DNA from: Sphyrna mokarran
Lineage: Eukaryota
Length of the DNA: 64,000 nucleotides
NCBI GenBank assembly: GCA_024679065.1
Contig: JAGIQG010000015.1
Coordinates: 64,914,001-64,978,000, forward strand
Direction of reading: 5' to 3'
Positions 1 to 12,099 of the stretch are shown in pieces. Numbering within the stretch: position 1 is the first letter of the stretch; every line of letters begins with the position of its first letter. Position numbers and translations under genes: made by a program. The notes below the pieces were generated by a model. The model was not told the DNA's origin and did not search any database. It saw only the letters and a program-made list of their open reading frames with translations.

Positions 1-74
1 CGGATGGAGCAGAGTTGGCAGCTTCAGGCTGCTTAGATATTCCTGTCATAACAAATAACTAAATGAAACACAAA

Positions 75-441
75 CATATAAAATCCTGATGGGACTGGAC
101 AGTCTAGATGCGGGAAGAAAGCTCCCACTGCTGGGGAAGTCCTGGACTAGGGGTCACAGTCTAAGAATAAGGGGTAAGCCATTCAGGACTGAGATGAGAA
201 AGAATTTCTCCACTAAGTTGTGAACCTGTGGAATTTTCTACCACAGAAAGTGGTTGGGGCCAGTTCATTAGCTATGTTCAAGAGGGAGCTGGACATGGCC
301 CCTGCAGCTAAAGGGATCAAGAGGTATGAAGGGAAAGCAAGAATGAGATATTGAAAGTCCATGATCAGCCATAATCATATTGAATGATGGTGCAAGCTCA
401 AAGGGCCCAATGGCCTATTCCTGCACCTATTTTTTTCTATG
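75..441 (+). mobile_element. CR1-clade LINE 3' end fragment
   Basis: Typical CR1 tail: GAGATGAGAAAGAATTTC..GTGGAATT..CCATGATCAGCCATAATCATATTGAATG..GGCCTATTCCTGCACCTATT..CTATG. Confidence 0.75.
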
Positions 442-3004
442 AATACATTAATTAATGCAACTCAACGTCAATGTGTTTAGTTACACTTCAGGTACCATTT
501 TCTAAAAGGGCAGTGGCAACAATGGACTTTCACTAGATTGGTCTATGATTATGCTTGGCAAAGTACAACAGTACTTTGCCATTGCCTGCATTATAGCTGA
601 CCAGGAAATTCTCCTGCTCTTACTACCTGCCATGAGGTTAGTTGGAAGGATTTACAGGCTGATATTATGTATACATCTTCGGTGGTCATCGAGGCCTAAA
701 GCAGAACTTGAATACAAAGTTTGGCCCAATAGTATGAATGCTACCACTACTATAAGTATTTTTATAACTCTGAAGGTATGTTTTAAGTAAACAAAAGGAA
801 ACATTAGCTCTGTAGTGAGGCAGTAAGGAGTTGTCAGCATCTGTAGAATCATTAACCCAGTGATAATTAGGCTCTTCAGGAAGGAAAAAATGAAATGGGA
901 AAGCAGGGAAACTGGACTAATACTTCAAATTTTCAGGAACCACACACTTAAAATAGCTTTATAGTTAGCAGATCTCCTTGGACTAAACTAAGTTATTTTG
1001 AGGATATAACTGAAGTAATTATTATGAGAAAATTATTAAATATAATGTATTAAGGAGCCAATTTGCCTTGAGCCATTGGCATGTGCGCACTGGGCATGCA
1101 ATGGTGGCTTCTACTAACGGTTATGTGACAGTATCCAGGGTCAAAAGTATCACTGGGGTGTGGTGAGGTTAAATGGAAGATTGGCAGTTTTGTTTGCTGC
1201 TCAGTCACCACCCTTATCATCTTTCACCATTTTGTGTCTAATTGCACTCCTCCATTGTAAGGAGAGCTAATATTACTGCAGCTTCCCAGCGACATTGAAG
1301 AAATCTAGGCCACTAAGTGGTCTTCACTCACACTGCTCCACTAACCTGTACATTTCATTTAACCTATCCTCCAAGTCACTGATTTAATAGTAGGCTGAGG
1401 ACATTCCATCAACCCAAATTCCATTTGTTTCGGGTGAAATTTATGTGTGTGCAAACTGAGGGACAATAGGATTCTAGATAACAACCTTCTGTTGGATCAT
1501 GTCAAAATTCCAGCCTCCATCAGGTGTTTCATCTAACATGCACCCAGATCCACCACTGAAACTGAGACTTTTAGGCTAAACAAAAATACTTAATTTATAT
1601 TACACCTTTTATGATCCCAGGGTGTCTCAAAGCACTGTACCACCACTGAAATATTTTTTTTGTGTAGTCATTATGCAGTGCACAGCAAGTCACCACAAAA
1701 AAACAAGATTAATTAATAATTTTGCTAATGTCACTTGGGAGATAAATATTGACCAAATGGAAAACAAACCTTTCTATCAAATTATACCATAGGATCTTAT
1801 ATGCCCATCTGCAAGGCAAGTTAGGGCCTCAGTTTAACAAGAATAGCACATTCAACAGTGCAGTTCAATACTGTACTACATTGTCATTGAAAGCGGTTAT
1901 TTTACATTTTTCCTAGTTTTTACAGTATACATTAAAGCACTGACACAGCAGACAGTAAAGATTTAAATAATTCTTTAAACAAGAGAATAACTTATATACG
2001 TGAATGCAGAAAGAGAATTAAACAAGTAACTATGATTTGAAAACATACATGCTGATATTTTAGATATATTTTAAGTACTGTATGAATCATCATTCACTTT
2101 GTCAAAGCAAGTTACCGAAAGGCATAAAGGGACAGATAAATAGTTTAAAGCCAAAGGCTTGGGAACCCATTAGCCAGCAAAGCTCTTATCTGGAAGTTTT
2201 TTTATGAAGGAATATATTTTGCAACAATAATAAATAGATTCAGTCACTGCTCAGACACAGAACAGATAGGCTCCTGGATGCAGGAACACATGTCTATTCA
2301 GCTTGGCAGTGAGTTGGTAGGAAGATCCACTTTGGCCTTTATAGTAGCATCTAACATAACCTTGCAACAAAAGAAGTAGCTCAAATTTAATGAACGAATG
2401 AAATGTCTTCATGCTGGAAGGTACAGTGCAGTTGGCTGAGGTACTTGACAGATTAGTATTGACGTGTGTACTAAATGAAATTAATTTTAAAATAATAAAG
2501 GTGGGGAATCTGATAAAGAAAATGTATAACTTTTGCGTTTTTACTGATAACTTCAGAACTTGTCTGACAGGTCTGGGTATCCTATATCTGTTAATGTTGA
2601 GATAATTTCTCCCATCGATCACTGGTCTTTAATAATCTTTTACTTTTTGTACTGTGGCACTGGTTTCCTGAGTCTAATTGCTACCTTTTCAAAAATCCTG
2701 CTAACATTTGCGCACCTGCAGGGCAAGTCAGGGTCTCAGTTTTCGGTTGAGGCACGAACAGTGCAGTATACCTTCAATACTGCAGTTCAATGTCAGCCTA
2801 GGATTTGCAAGTCTGAGTGCACTCACAATATTTTAAATTTATCCTACCCTTGGCAGTCCTGTGGAGTTAAAATTTTCCCCCATTTCTCTCTGGATCTGCC
2901 GTCAACATTGGTGACTTTCATTTTTACACATTCAATGTGGACATCATTCTAACTCAAATGCCAACTTTCACAACTGTAGTCATGTCAGTAGAACTGTAGC
3001 TTAC

Positions 3005-3571
3005 CTGCAGATGTATTTGGTGTTGATGCCACAGACATAATGGTTGATCTTGTATTAACAGTATTGGTTAAAGCAGCAGTGCTCGTGGTAGACGAGCTGG
3101 GGGAGAGCACTGGAGTTAATATCGCCCTGACTCCTGAAGCACTTGCAGAGATCACAGCAACCACAGTTGTTGCTGTACTTTTTGCTGGAGTTTCAATTGT
3201 ACTTGTAAATTCAGCACTCTCTTCTGAAAATTTTTTTGTCAGCACTGCAGAAGATTTTGTCCCTAATGCATCTGTAGTCTTTGAGCTCTTCGATGAGGGG
3301 GAGACACCTGTGGTTACTGAAACAATCAAGCCATTGCTTTGTGATTGACCAGCTATAACAGGGATAGCACTCTGGGCAGCTGTAATAACCATAACTGTTG
3401 ATACAAGAGGAGAACCAATTGGTGCAGTAATGCTGGTTGGTGGTAATGCAGTACCACCCTGTTGCCCACTAAGCACTGGTTGCAATGACCTGAAACAGCA
3501 TGTTGACTGTTGCAAAGCTCTGTCTTTATTTATTACAAGATGAGTGTAGCCATCAGGTACAGCATGAATCC
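3005..3571 (-). CDS. MGA: MGA exon 15 (Ser/Thr/Val-rich); the gene continues beyond the left edge
   Basis: Inside ORF 2985..3629. ttgtttgcag| acceptor, CAG|GTAAGC donor, 567 nt. N-terminus PDGYTHLVINKDRALQQ resembles MGA PGGVFTQFVMSKVGALQQ. Confidence 0.88.
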
Positions 3572-3714
3572 CTGCAAACAAAGAAGATGCAGAAGAATTA
3601 AATCTCCACCTCCCTCTGTTGATTGACAATTCCTGACCCTAACAACTACTGAAGTTTGATTCTTACACCCAATCTCCCTCCAGATTGACTGCCTTCAGTT
3701 TCTGACCCCCTGCT

Positions 3715-3931
3715 GTAAACTATTCTCGATGTAGAGATGCCGGCGTTGGACTGGGGTAAACTCAGTAAAGTTTTACAACACCAATTTTAAATCCAACCAA
3801 TTTATTTGATAGTAAATCAGCGAGATTTCGACTTTCACTGATTTACTATCGAAAGCTCGCTGATTTACTATCAAATAAATTGGTTGGATTTAAAATTGGT
3901 GTTGTAAAACTTTACTGAGTAAACTATTCTC
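3715..3931. mobile_element. Fold-back element (probably Penelope-like pLTR-derived) with a 13-bp TSD
   Basis: Arms 3760-3831 and 3849-3920 are reverse complements with 1 mismatch. Direct repeat GTAAACTATTCTC at 3715-3727 and 3919-3931. Confidence 0.75.
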
Positions 3932-4705
3932 TCCAGCAATTGGCCTATTTGGTCAGGAACCAGGTGAAAAGCAGAAAGTGTATTGAAATCCTGCCATTAT
4001 TGTTTCCTCATGTTTTCCATCTTACCCTCCACTAGCATGCTCTCTCACTGTACTGTAGCCAAAGAACAGCATCCAAAGAACAAACTCCAATAAGCCTATG
4101 ATTATGATTCTGTGCAGTTCAGTGTCACAGAGCCAGTCATCTGGTTTCTTGGAATTAAGCTTGCGCCAAATTAGAAAGGTCCAGATAACAACTTCGATAC
4201 TTTTTTTCATCATCTCATTTCCGAACATGTCGCTGCTCCATATGATGCAGTAATAACTTGGATTTTAAACTGATATAGCAGGGGGAGAAATCCACTTATG
4301 TACCACTACTTCTAGTTGTTATAACATAACCAAAGATAAGATTGGAATCTATTATAATGTAACCAATGGTACATGCTGAGGGTCAGCTGACCAGTTGACC
4401 TGGGAGACAACATAACCAATGGCAAAATGATGTGGTGGTCAGCTGACCCAGTATAATAGAGAATAGATGGGAATTATGGAGATCTGGTGTGACCCCAAGT
4501 GTTGAGAGTAATGAATTTTCCATATTAAACTTTTTCTTTCAAGTTTGACCCTTTCACTTTATCAAGTTAGTTTTTTTTATTGCTTGCGATTGAAGTATCC
4601 TTACTACCGGATGAATATTAGTGGTGCTGCATCGACTAATTTGTATGCTCAGACAGTGTCACAGGTTGATAATTGCAAAGCGTATAAGCATTAAAGAGGA
4701 ATGCC

Positions 4706-4827
4706 ACGTTGGCTGCACTGCTAAAAGCCAACGTTGGCTGCACTGCTAAAAGCCAACGTTGGCTGCACTGCTAAAAGCCAACGTTGGCTGCACTGCTAAA
4801 AGCCAACGTTGGCTGCACTGCTAAAAG
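4706..4827. repeat. Perfect 25-bp tandem repeat, ~4.9 copies (ACGTTGGCTGCACTGCTAAAAGCCA)
   Basis: Four identical units plus a 22-nt partial unit, read directly. Confidence 0.97.
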
Positions 4828-5156
4828 TATTAATTGCCCCAGAGAACTGATAAAATCTGCATAGCATGGCTTCATGCTAAAAAACATCTTCCCCTTAACT
4901 TCCACCTCCAATTTATGGCTTAAATAATAAATGGTTATCTAATAAATGGCCACTATAATTTGTTCCACCTGTTATTTAGATCTTTGCATCACAAACTGGC
5001 ATTTATAATTGCACATAACCTTCTACAGTACTGCTGGCCACCTGTTAATCCATAGTATGCTGATCCCTACATTAACTTGTTTCTGTTGGCATGAGGTTTC
5101 TCATCCATATCTTCTTGTTTTTAACATGCATCTCGTTTTTTGGATATCCTCCTTAC

Positions 5157-5406
5157 CTGTGTCTTTGTTAACAGAAGTAACAAAGGTATTCTGTGAGACT
5201 TTGCTGTCAATGGGTGAGGTGAAAGATACTGCATCCTTTGAGGCAAATTGAGCTGAGGTTGAAGTGACCGTTGTACTCGAGATTGACTTGAATGATTCAG
5301 TAGATTTCACTTTCTTTGTAAGGTTAGCAATCACTCTATTGATTGAATGAAGTGCTCCAACCTGACCTAGTGTCAGCTTTGTCTCATCAGTTTCATTTCC
5401 ACTGAC
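5157..5406 (-). CDS. MGA: MGA exon 14 (VSGNETDETKLTLGQVGALHSINRVIANLTKK...)
   Basis: tttgattag| acceptor, CAG|GTAAGG donor, 250 nt, phase 0 to 1. KL.LGQ.GALH..NR matches the recalled MGA segment KLLLGQMGALHPANR. Confidence 0.88.
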
Positions 5407-5639
5407 CTAATCAAAGAAATAACAACAAAAAATAGAGACATAGGGAAAAACTATTCAATCATCAAAGGTTCATCATTGAAAGGAAATTTTGCTAACAGAA
5501 ATTCTTCTATAAATCATAAAGATTTGATAGAATTTAAGATTTTAATTTAATAACTATACTCAAGCCATTTATATTCAAGTGCAACAGCACAAGGCATCAT
5601 ATGAACTACATCATTTTTCTGTTCCCTCTTTCTACATAC

Positions 5640-6277
5640 CTGGATCATGCCACTTTGGAGAGAAGCAGATGCCGTAGCATTGGATACTGGCTTTATCTTA
5701 CTAGCCACTGGAAAGCCTGAACGAAAGGTGGTTAGCACAACTTTCTCTTTTGTACTGTTGATAGGTGTTGCTTTTGGTGCAATCAGTCGTGTTTCTGTAA
5801 GCTTGCGTCCTGAAGATTGGGAGATCTTTTGAATGGAAGCAGTGTGAACTGACACTTTGCCATCTTTCTCTTCATTGCCAGGTTGAGTAATTTTCACCAA
5901 GGAGCTATAAATTGGTACACCTCCAGGTGAAAGATCTTGACATTTACTGTAATTTGACATGATCTCAACAAGGAAGTTACCAGTGTATATTTTTTCTGAG
6001 GTCCCCTTATTGGCAGTGTGACATGCAATAACTTTAAGGATGTTTGCACGCTCTGCTTCCCAATTACAATTTGAAATAATCTCAATCAGTTTAGGTGTAT
6101 TCTTGGACTCCGCTGATGTCTGTGGCTCTGTTGAAGGAAGTTCTGCAATCTCTTTTTTTGGAATGTCACCTTGTACAGCCAAATCCATCTCCTGTGTCTT
6201 CTTTGAAATGCACATCTCAGCAGGATTTGATGTCGTCAAGTTGCTTTCACAATCTTCCAATTTCTCACAGTCCAGCA
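5640..6277 (-). CDS. MGA: MGA exon 13
   Basis: Inside ORF 5547..6290: PKLIEIISNCNWEAERANILKVI, G.FLVEI, P.YSSLVKI, ending SGMIQ|GTATGT. 638 nt, phase 1 to 0. Confidence 0.95.
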
Positions 6278-6629
6278 CTAGACAAGCCAAACAAAGTGAC
6301 TGACTTTGAGTTTTGAGTGATGAGGCTCAGGTAATGCATATAACATATTCTGCAGAGGCCAACCTCTGCAGATATATTTTAGATTACCTACTGGTGTTAT
6401 GTATTCCCTCATTATTTTTAAAATTCTTCACTATTAACATACAAATGAACAATACAAAACCACTATCCCAATGTTAGAAGTCTGAGTGAACAACTTTCCC
6501 TAGTCATCTTAAAACCTACAATCCTATCTTCTAATATACCTCAACTCTTTCCCAGTGAAAGGATGCATTTATTGTCCTATTACTGTACAAGGCATTTAAA
6601 GAGGATGACGCAAGTTAATGTGAAGATTG

Positions 6630-7500
6630 CAGAGGTCATTATTATAGCACAGAAAATGACCATTTTGGTTATCAGGACGCCAGCTCTCCACAGAGCAACC
6701 CAGTCAATCTCATACTACTGCTCTATTCCCGTTGCTCTACAAGTTTATTTCCCTCAAGCATCCATCCAATTTTTTTTTAAGAAATCAATGTTCACTCCCA
6801 TCACTCTTGGATAAGTTACTGAACATCACTGCTTTAAAAAAGTTCTTCCTCACATCTTCCCTGCATCTCTTGCCTAAATCCTTAAATGTGTCCTCTAGGC
6901 CTTTGTATCATCAGTTTATGGGAACGATTTCTTCTCATCTACCTTATCTAACTAAAAGTCATATTTTGGTACACCGTTTTCAAAATTTCTCTGAATCTCC
7001 TCTGCTCCAAGAATAACTACCGCAGCTTTTCCTACCTAGCCTTGTAGCTAAAATCCCTCATTCCTTGAATCATTCTAGTGAGTCTCCTATGCATTCTTGT
7101 AAAGACTCTCACATTCTTTCTGAAGTGTGGTGACCTAGAATTGACACAACACTCCGGTTGGAACTCAGCATATGTTTCTTCTACTCAATGCCTCTATTAA
7201 TGAAATCCAAGATCCTATATGCTTTGCTACCTATTAACCAATATGTCATGTCACCATCTTCAAGGATTTGAGAATAAAAATCTAACATTCCTCTGTCACT
7301 GTATGCTATTTAGAACTGTGCTGTTAAGTCTATGGTCTTTTGCCAAAATACATGACCTTACACTTTTCTGTATTGAATTCCATCTGCCACCTGAGTACCC
7401 ATGCTCCTAGCCTATGTCCTGCTGCAGTCATTTTCTATCTTCCTGTTTGCCTTACCTGCAGCTTTGGTATCATAGGCAAATTTTGAAATTTTACACTGGT
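6630..7500 (-). mobile_element. Decayed CR1 LINE fragment
   Basis: KFADDTKL-like remnant near 7460-7490 and CR1 3' motifs. Confidence 0.55.
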
Positions 7501-9503
7501 GAAAGGTCTATATATCTGATGACTGAAGAATAAAGAAGGCCCACAGTTGATAATTTAGTGCTCAACTTCCACACAAAGGTCAATTATGTCAAAGAAATAC
7601 AGAAAACAATCCAGGAGTCAGTTCAAAGTGTGTAACACCTCATGGTGCCACGCTGGACACTAATAGGAAACAAGCTATTTGTGCAAGGAAAGCAATATTG
7701 CCAAGCCCAATCTTTTTCTCACTTAATAGCCACATACAAATTATAAGGAGGATGGGGGAACGGAGAGCATAAACAGAAATTATGCTTGAGAACTCTGGCT
7801 CATTTTCCAATATCAAGTGAAAAGGGAGAGAGAGCAGAAGCAAATTATTGTCTAGTATCATACACAATTGATCCTGGAACCTTCTTGACCATATCACATA
7901 TAACAATGCAACACCAGATGGACACGTGGCATATCAGCCGATGGAAACCCCTTATCTTAAATTCTGTTGTATCTTAATTTAAATCCAAAATGGGTACGAT
8001 GTCATGTTTATATTACCTTTAACCACATCATGAACTTTATCTCCATTAACATCATTATTCAATCTCAATCTCATCATTGTTCCCAGTAAATCCCTCATTC
8101 CAACTCCACTAAACCCAAGGAACAGCCTGCAAGTTCTTTGGCAGAAAACCGGTCTAACCACCTACTGCTAGGTTTGACTGGACCAGTTCGACTGGTCCTG
8201 CTCTCACTAAAGCTGCTCAATATTCAAAATTCACCCAGGAATGCAAAGATAATCCCTGGCTTCTCTTTACTACAAACTGCCTTCTTAAAATCACTCTCCC
8301 TTGTCTCTCACCATTGCTGACAACAAATGCAAAGAGCTCATGAACTTGTTGTCAGAACAGACTGAGGACATCCATTCAACTGCTTCTGTTGCTTCCCTTC
8401 CTTTCCCTCGCCCAACTTAGCACACTGGACCAGACTTCCCTAATGTTTATCTAGCTTAGGACGCATGTCATTCGCTGGATTCTCTCTCAATTTTTGTCTT
8501 CCCCTCTAAGCTCATCTTGCCCACAAGACGCATCTTTTGCTCCTGCAATCTTTTTTTGACCAAGTAAAAGCAAATTGCTGTGGATGCTAGAATTTGAAGC
8601 CAAAAGAGAAAACAAAGGATCATCTGCACTCAAAAGGTTAGCTTTTTCCTCTCCTTGCAGATGCTGACAGACCTGCTGAGATTTTTCAGCGATTTCTTTT
8701 TTGGTTTTTCTGACCAAGCTGTTATAATTCAATTTCCCTTTCACTGCCCAATGTTAGCTGGTATTATTAATAGTTCCCTCTTTGGGTAAGATTCATTCCT
8801 CTGCAAATCTGCTATCATCATGTTGCTTCTCAAGCAAAGCCACTTTGCCCTCTCTGTTCATTCAAAGTAACCTCACCACCCAATCATCTCAAACCCTGCT
8901 TTCCTCTGCAAACTTCTTGAACAGGATGTCATCTCCCAAATCCATGCACATTTTTCTCCAAACTGAATGTCTTAGTTAGGTTTCCAGCCAGATGTAGTAT
9001 TGAAATAAGCCTCAAAAATCACAGATTATGTTCTTTCAGATTGTGTTAAAATATCCTTTTTTATCATTTTTAACTGATTTACAGCCTTTGATACAACTTA
9101 CCTGCAACTTTGGTATCATAAGCAAATTTTGAAATTTTACACTGGTCAAAAGTCTGTATATTTGATGACTGAAGAATAAAGAAGGCCCACAGTTGATAAT
9201 TTAGTGCTCAATTTCCATACAAAGGTAATTATGTCAAAGAATTACAGGAAACAGTCCAGGAAGCAGTTTCACCGAAGTGTGTAACACCGCGTATTGCCAT
9301 GCTGGACATTAATAGAAAACAAGCTATTTGTGCAAGAAAAGCAAAACTGTCAAGCCCAATCTTGTTCTCACATAATAGCCACATACAAATTCTAAGGGGT
9401 GGGAGAAAGGATAGTATAAACAGAGATTAGGCATGAGAAGTCTGGCTCATTTTCAAAAGGAAGAGAGAGCAGAAGCAAATTATTGTCTAGTACCATAAAC
9501 AAT
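7451..9503. repeat. Local direct duplication of ~410 bp (7451-7868 and 9097-9503)
   Basis: Long shared stretches, e.g. GATGACTGAAGAATAAAGAAGGCCCACAGTTGATAATTTAGTGCTCAA, in both copies. Confidence 0.92.
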
Positions 9504-9645
9504 CAGACTCCTCTAATATCTTGTCTCCATTGTCCAGCTAGGAGAATTGCCCTTGCTTGGCTCCATTCTTATTTGTTGAACATAGCCAGAAATTCAATTG
9601 TGGTGACTTCTTTTCCCACTCCCATATCATTGTCCCTGAAGTTTA

Positions 9646-9953
9646 TAGAATGCCTGTAGTGCAAAAGGAGGCCTTTCGGCCCATCAAGACTGAACCAATC
9701 ACAACACCATCCAGGACCTACTTCGGTAATCCCACATATTTACCCTGCTAATCCCCTCACAGTAGGGTCAATTTAGCATGGCCAATCAATCTAATCTGCA
9801 CATCTTTGGACTGTGGGAGGAAACTAGAGCACTCAGAGGAAACCCATGCAGACATGGGGAAAATGTGCAGACTCCAAACAGACAGTGAAACGAGGCCAGA
9901 TTTGAACCCAGGTCCCTGGCGCTTTGAAGGTGCAGTGCTAACCACTGTGCCAA
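9646..9953 (-). mobile_element. tRNA-derived shark SINE (HE1/V-SINE-like)
   Basis: CTGCACATCTTTGGACTGTGGGAGGAAAC..GAGGAAACCCATGCAGACATGGGGAAAATGTGCAGACTCC..GTGCTAACCACTGTGCC. Confidence 0.8.
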
Positions 9954-10821
9954 ATTCACCAAGGATTTTCCTTGGCTCCTTCCTATTTCTTTGCTATATG
10001 CTGCACTGCAGCAATATCAATCAAAATAGCATTACGCTCCACATATGCGTTGCCAACACCTACCTCTACCTCTCCACCATCTCTCTCAACCCTCCAAACT
10101 GTTTAGTGCTGAACTGGATGAGCAGAAATTTCCACGAACTGAACACTGGGAAGACAAAAGCCATTACCTTTGGTCCGCAACTCCGTTCACTAGCTACCAA
10201 TTCCATCCCTCTCCTAACTACTAATATAGGCTGAACGTGGCCTCAAGATGAACAACCGATTACATCACCATTTAAACAGTCTATTTCACCTCCACAACAT
10301 TGTCTAATTTCGTCCTACTCCTCTCGTCTGCTGCTGAAACCTCTAGATTTGATTACTCTAATGCACTATTTGCCGCACTCTCACATTTTCTTTCATGAGG
10401 GGAGATGTATCCCTCATGATCTACATCTCCCAAGTATTACCATTTCTGATTCCAGCAGTGATAAATAGGACATTGGGTTATCCAGCAAATGGAGTCGAAC
10501 TCAAATCATGCAATACTGTGCACATACAGGGATTCACGTCACCTCCTTCCCAATCTGGAATCTTGTGTACATTTCTGATCACAACATAACATGAAAGATA
10601 AATACTAGTTGATGCTCCAAGTGAAGTACGTTATTACACGTGGTTGTGAACCTATCAGTTCCTTCCTTGTATGATACATATTGGCGATTTGAGGGGGCTC
10701 AAGTGACTGCAATTCAATAAACCCAATTCTTATGGACATTTTCTTCCAGCAATCTTAAAAATTCTCTATTTCATTTCATTCACCTGGAGTTAGCATACAA
10801 TACGTACAAAATGATTCTTAC

Positions 10822-10909
10822 CCTCTCTCGAACTGGAGTCACTGCATTCTTTCAACTTGCAAGATTCAACTGTTTCTTTGTTATTCACCTTACTGTATGA
10901 GCTGCTTTC
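10822..10909 (-). CDS. MGA: MGA exon 12 (ESSSYSKVNNKETVESCKLKECSDSSSRE)
   Basis: Strong ccttttctgtttgtag| acceptor, AGG|GTAAGA donor, 88 nt open. Supplies the phase 0 to 1 shift needed between exons 11 and 13. The peptide itself is poorly conserved. Confidence 0.75.
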
Positions 10910-11094
10910 CTACAAACAGAAAAGGTGCTATTGAATAAACCCTTGGGAACTAAGCAGAATCATCTATTGACAAGGATGATGACTTGATTTGTAAGCTAAA
11001 GGCCAAGAACAAAGAAACGTGGGACAGATAAAAAGCGCCAATTTGAAACATTCATGTCCGAATGCAAAAATATAATAAATAAGACTTCACTTTT

Positions 11095-11458
11095 GTCATT
11101 GGACTAGTAATCAAGAGGTTAATGTTCAGGGCAAGGGCTATAAATCCCACAGTGGCAGTTGGTGAAATTTAAAGTCAATCAACAAAATCTTGAATTGAAA
11201 GTTAGTCATAGTTATGGTGATCACGAAACCATCGTTGATTGTTGTAAAAACCCATTTGGTTTGCTGACGGTCTTTAGGGAACAAATTCGGCCATCCTTAC
11301 CCAATCTGGCCTACGCATGATTCCTGATCCTCAGGAACGTGGTTGATTCTTAAATACCCTCTTCAAATGGCTTCAAAGCATGCAGTTCAAGAACAATTAA
11401 GGATGGGGAACAAATGGAGGCCGTGCCAGACACCCACATCCCATGAAAGAATTTAAAA
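11095..11458 (+). mobile_element. tRNA-related SINE of a second family (also ~16045-16410 and ~37138-37445)
   Basis: Shared GGACTAGTAA..AAATCCCAC..TGGCAG..GAAATTT..CCATCCTTACC..TCTGGCCTAC core. Its tail resembles the LINE tails at ~27190-27665 and ~50330-50830. Confidence 0.7.
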
Positions 11459-11554
11459 ACTTTTTAAAAACAACTTGAGATTTTTAAAAAGTTACATATC
11501 TTTCTTCTTCTGCAGCTGTCTTTGAACAGCTTGCACACATTTCTAATAAAATAT

Positions 11555-12099
11555 CAGCTGTGGCTCAGTATTAATACTCAAGAAGTCGCAGGTTCAAATC
11601 CCACTCCAAGCACTTGAGCACAAAATCTATTCTGACACTCATTACAGCACTGAGGAATTGTGGTGTATCATTACAGGTGCCATTTTTTGGATGAGACATT
11701 AGGATTTTCTAGCCACAATTTCCCCAAGGCCAGAAAATCTTGTCTGAGATCAATGGACTTTTGCATGGTCCATGACCTGCGGCTACGATTCTGGTGTCAG
11801 GATGAATGAGAAAATTCCACCTAAGTGTCTCAGGTGGATGTAAAAAATCCTCTGCAATTTTTTCAAAGAGCAGCAGAGTTTTCCTTTGTATCCTGCCTGA
11901 CTATCCCTGAACCAACACCTGAAAACAGATTATATGGCCTTTAGCTCTTTGCTCTATGTGGGAGTTTGCTGTGCTAAAACTGGTTGCCTCATTTCCTAAA
12001 ACAGTGATTACACTTAAAAACACTTTGCTGGCAAAAAGTACTTTGGGATGTCCTGAGGTTGAGAAACATGCCAATAAAATATAAATCTTACTTTCTTTC
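11555..12099 (+). mobile_element. DeuSINE-like element interrupted by a small TIR-bearing insert (~11702-11820); related copies on minus at ~1590-1890 and ~13200-13556
   Basis: GGTTCAAATCCCACTCC..CTTGAGCACAAAATCT..CTGACACTC..CAGCACTGAGG, CTCAGGTGGATGTAAAA..TCC, and tail CTTTGGGATGTCCTGAGGT. Confidence 0.6.

Noticed and set aside
545-2952. ORFs considered as the next MGA exon (16)
   Set aside because: No phase-1 open exon with MGA-like motifs was found, and the candidates hit stops. Exon 16 probably lies outside the window.
4706-4827. CRISPR-like array with palindromic repeats
   Set aside because: Units are contiguous with no unique spacers, there are no cas genes, and the context is a vertebrate intron.
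7451-7458. Perfect donor-like CAG|GTAAG at the start of both duplicated blocks (also 9097)
   Set aside because: It lies in a CR1 remnant, and no matching open exon was found.
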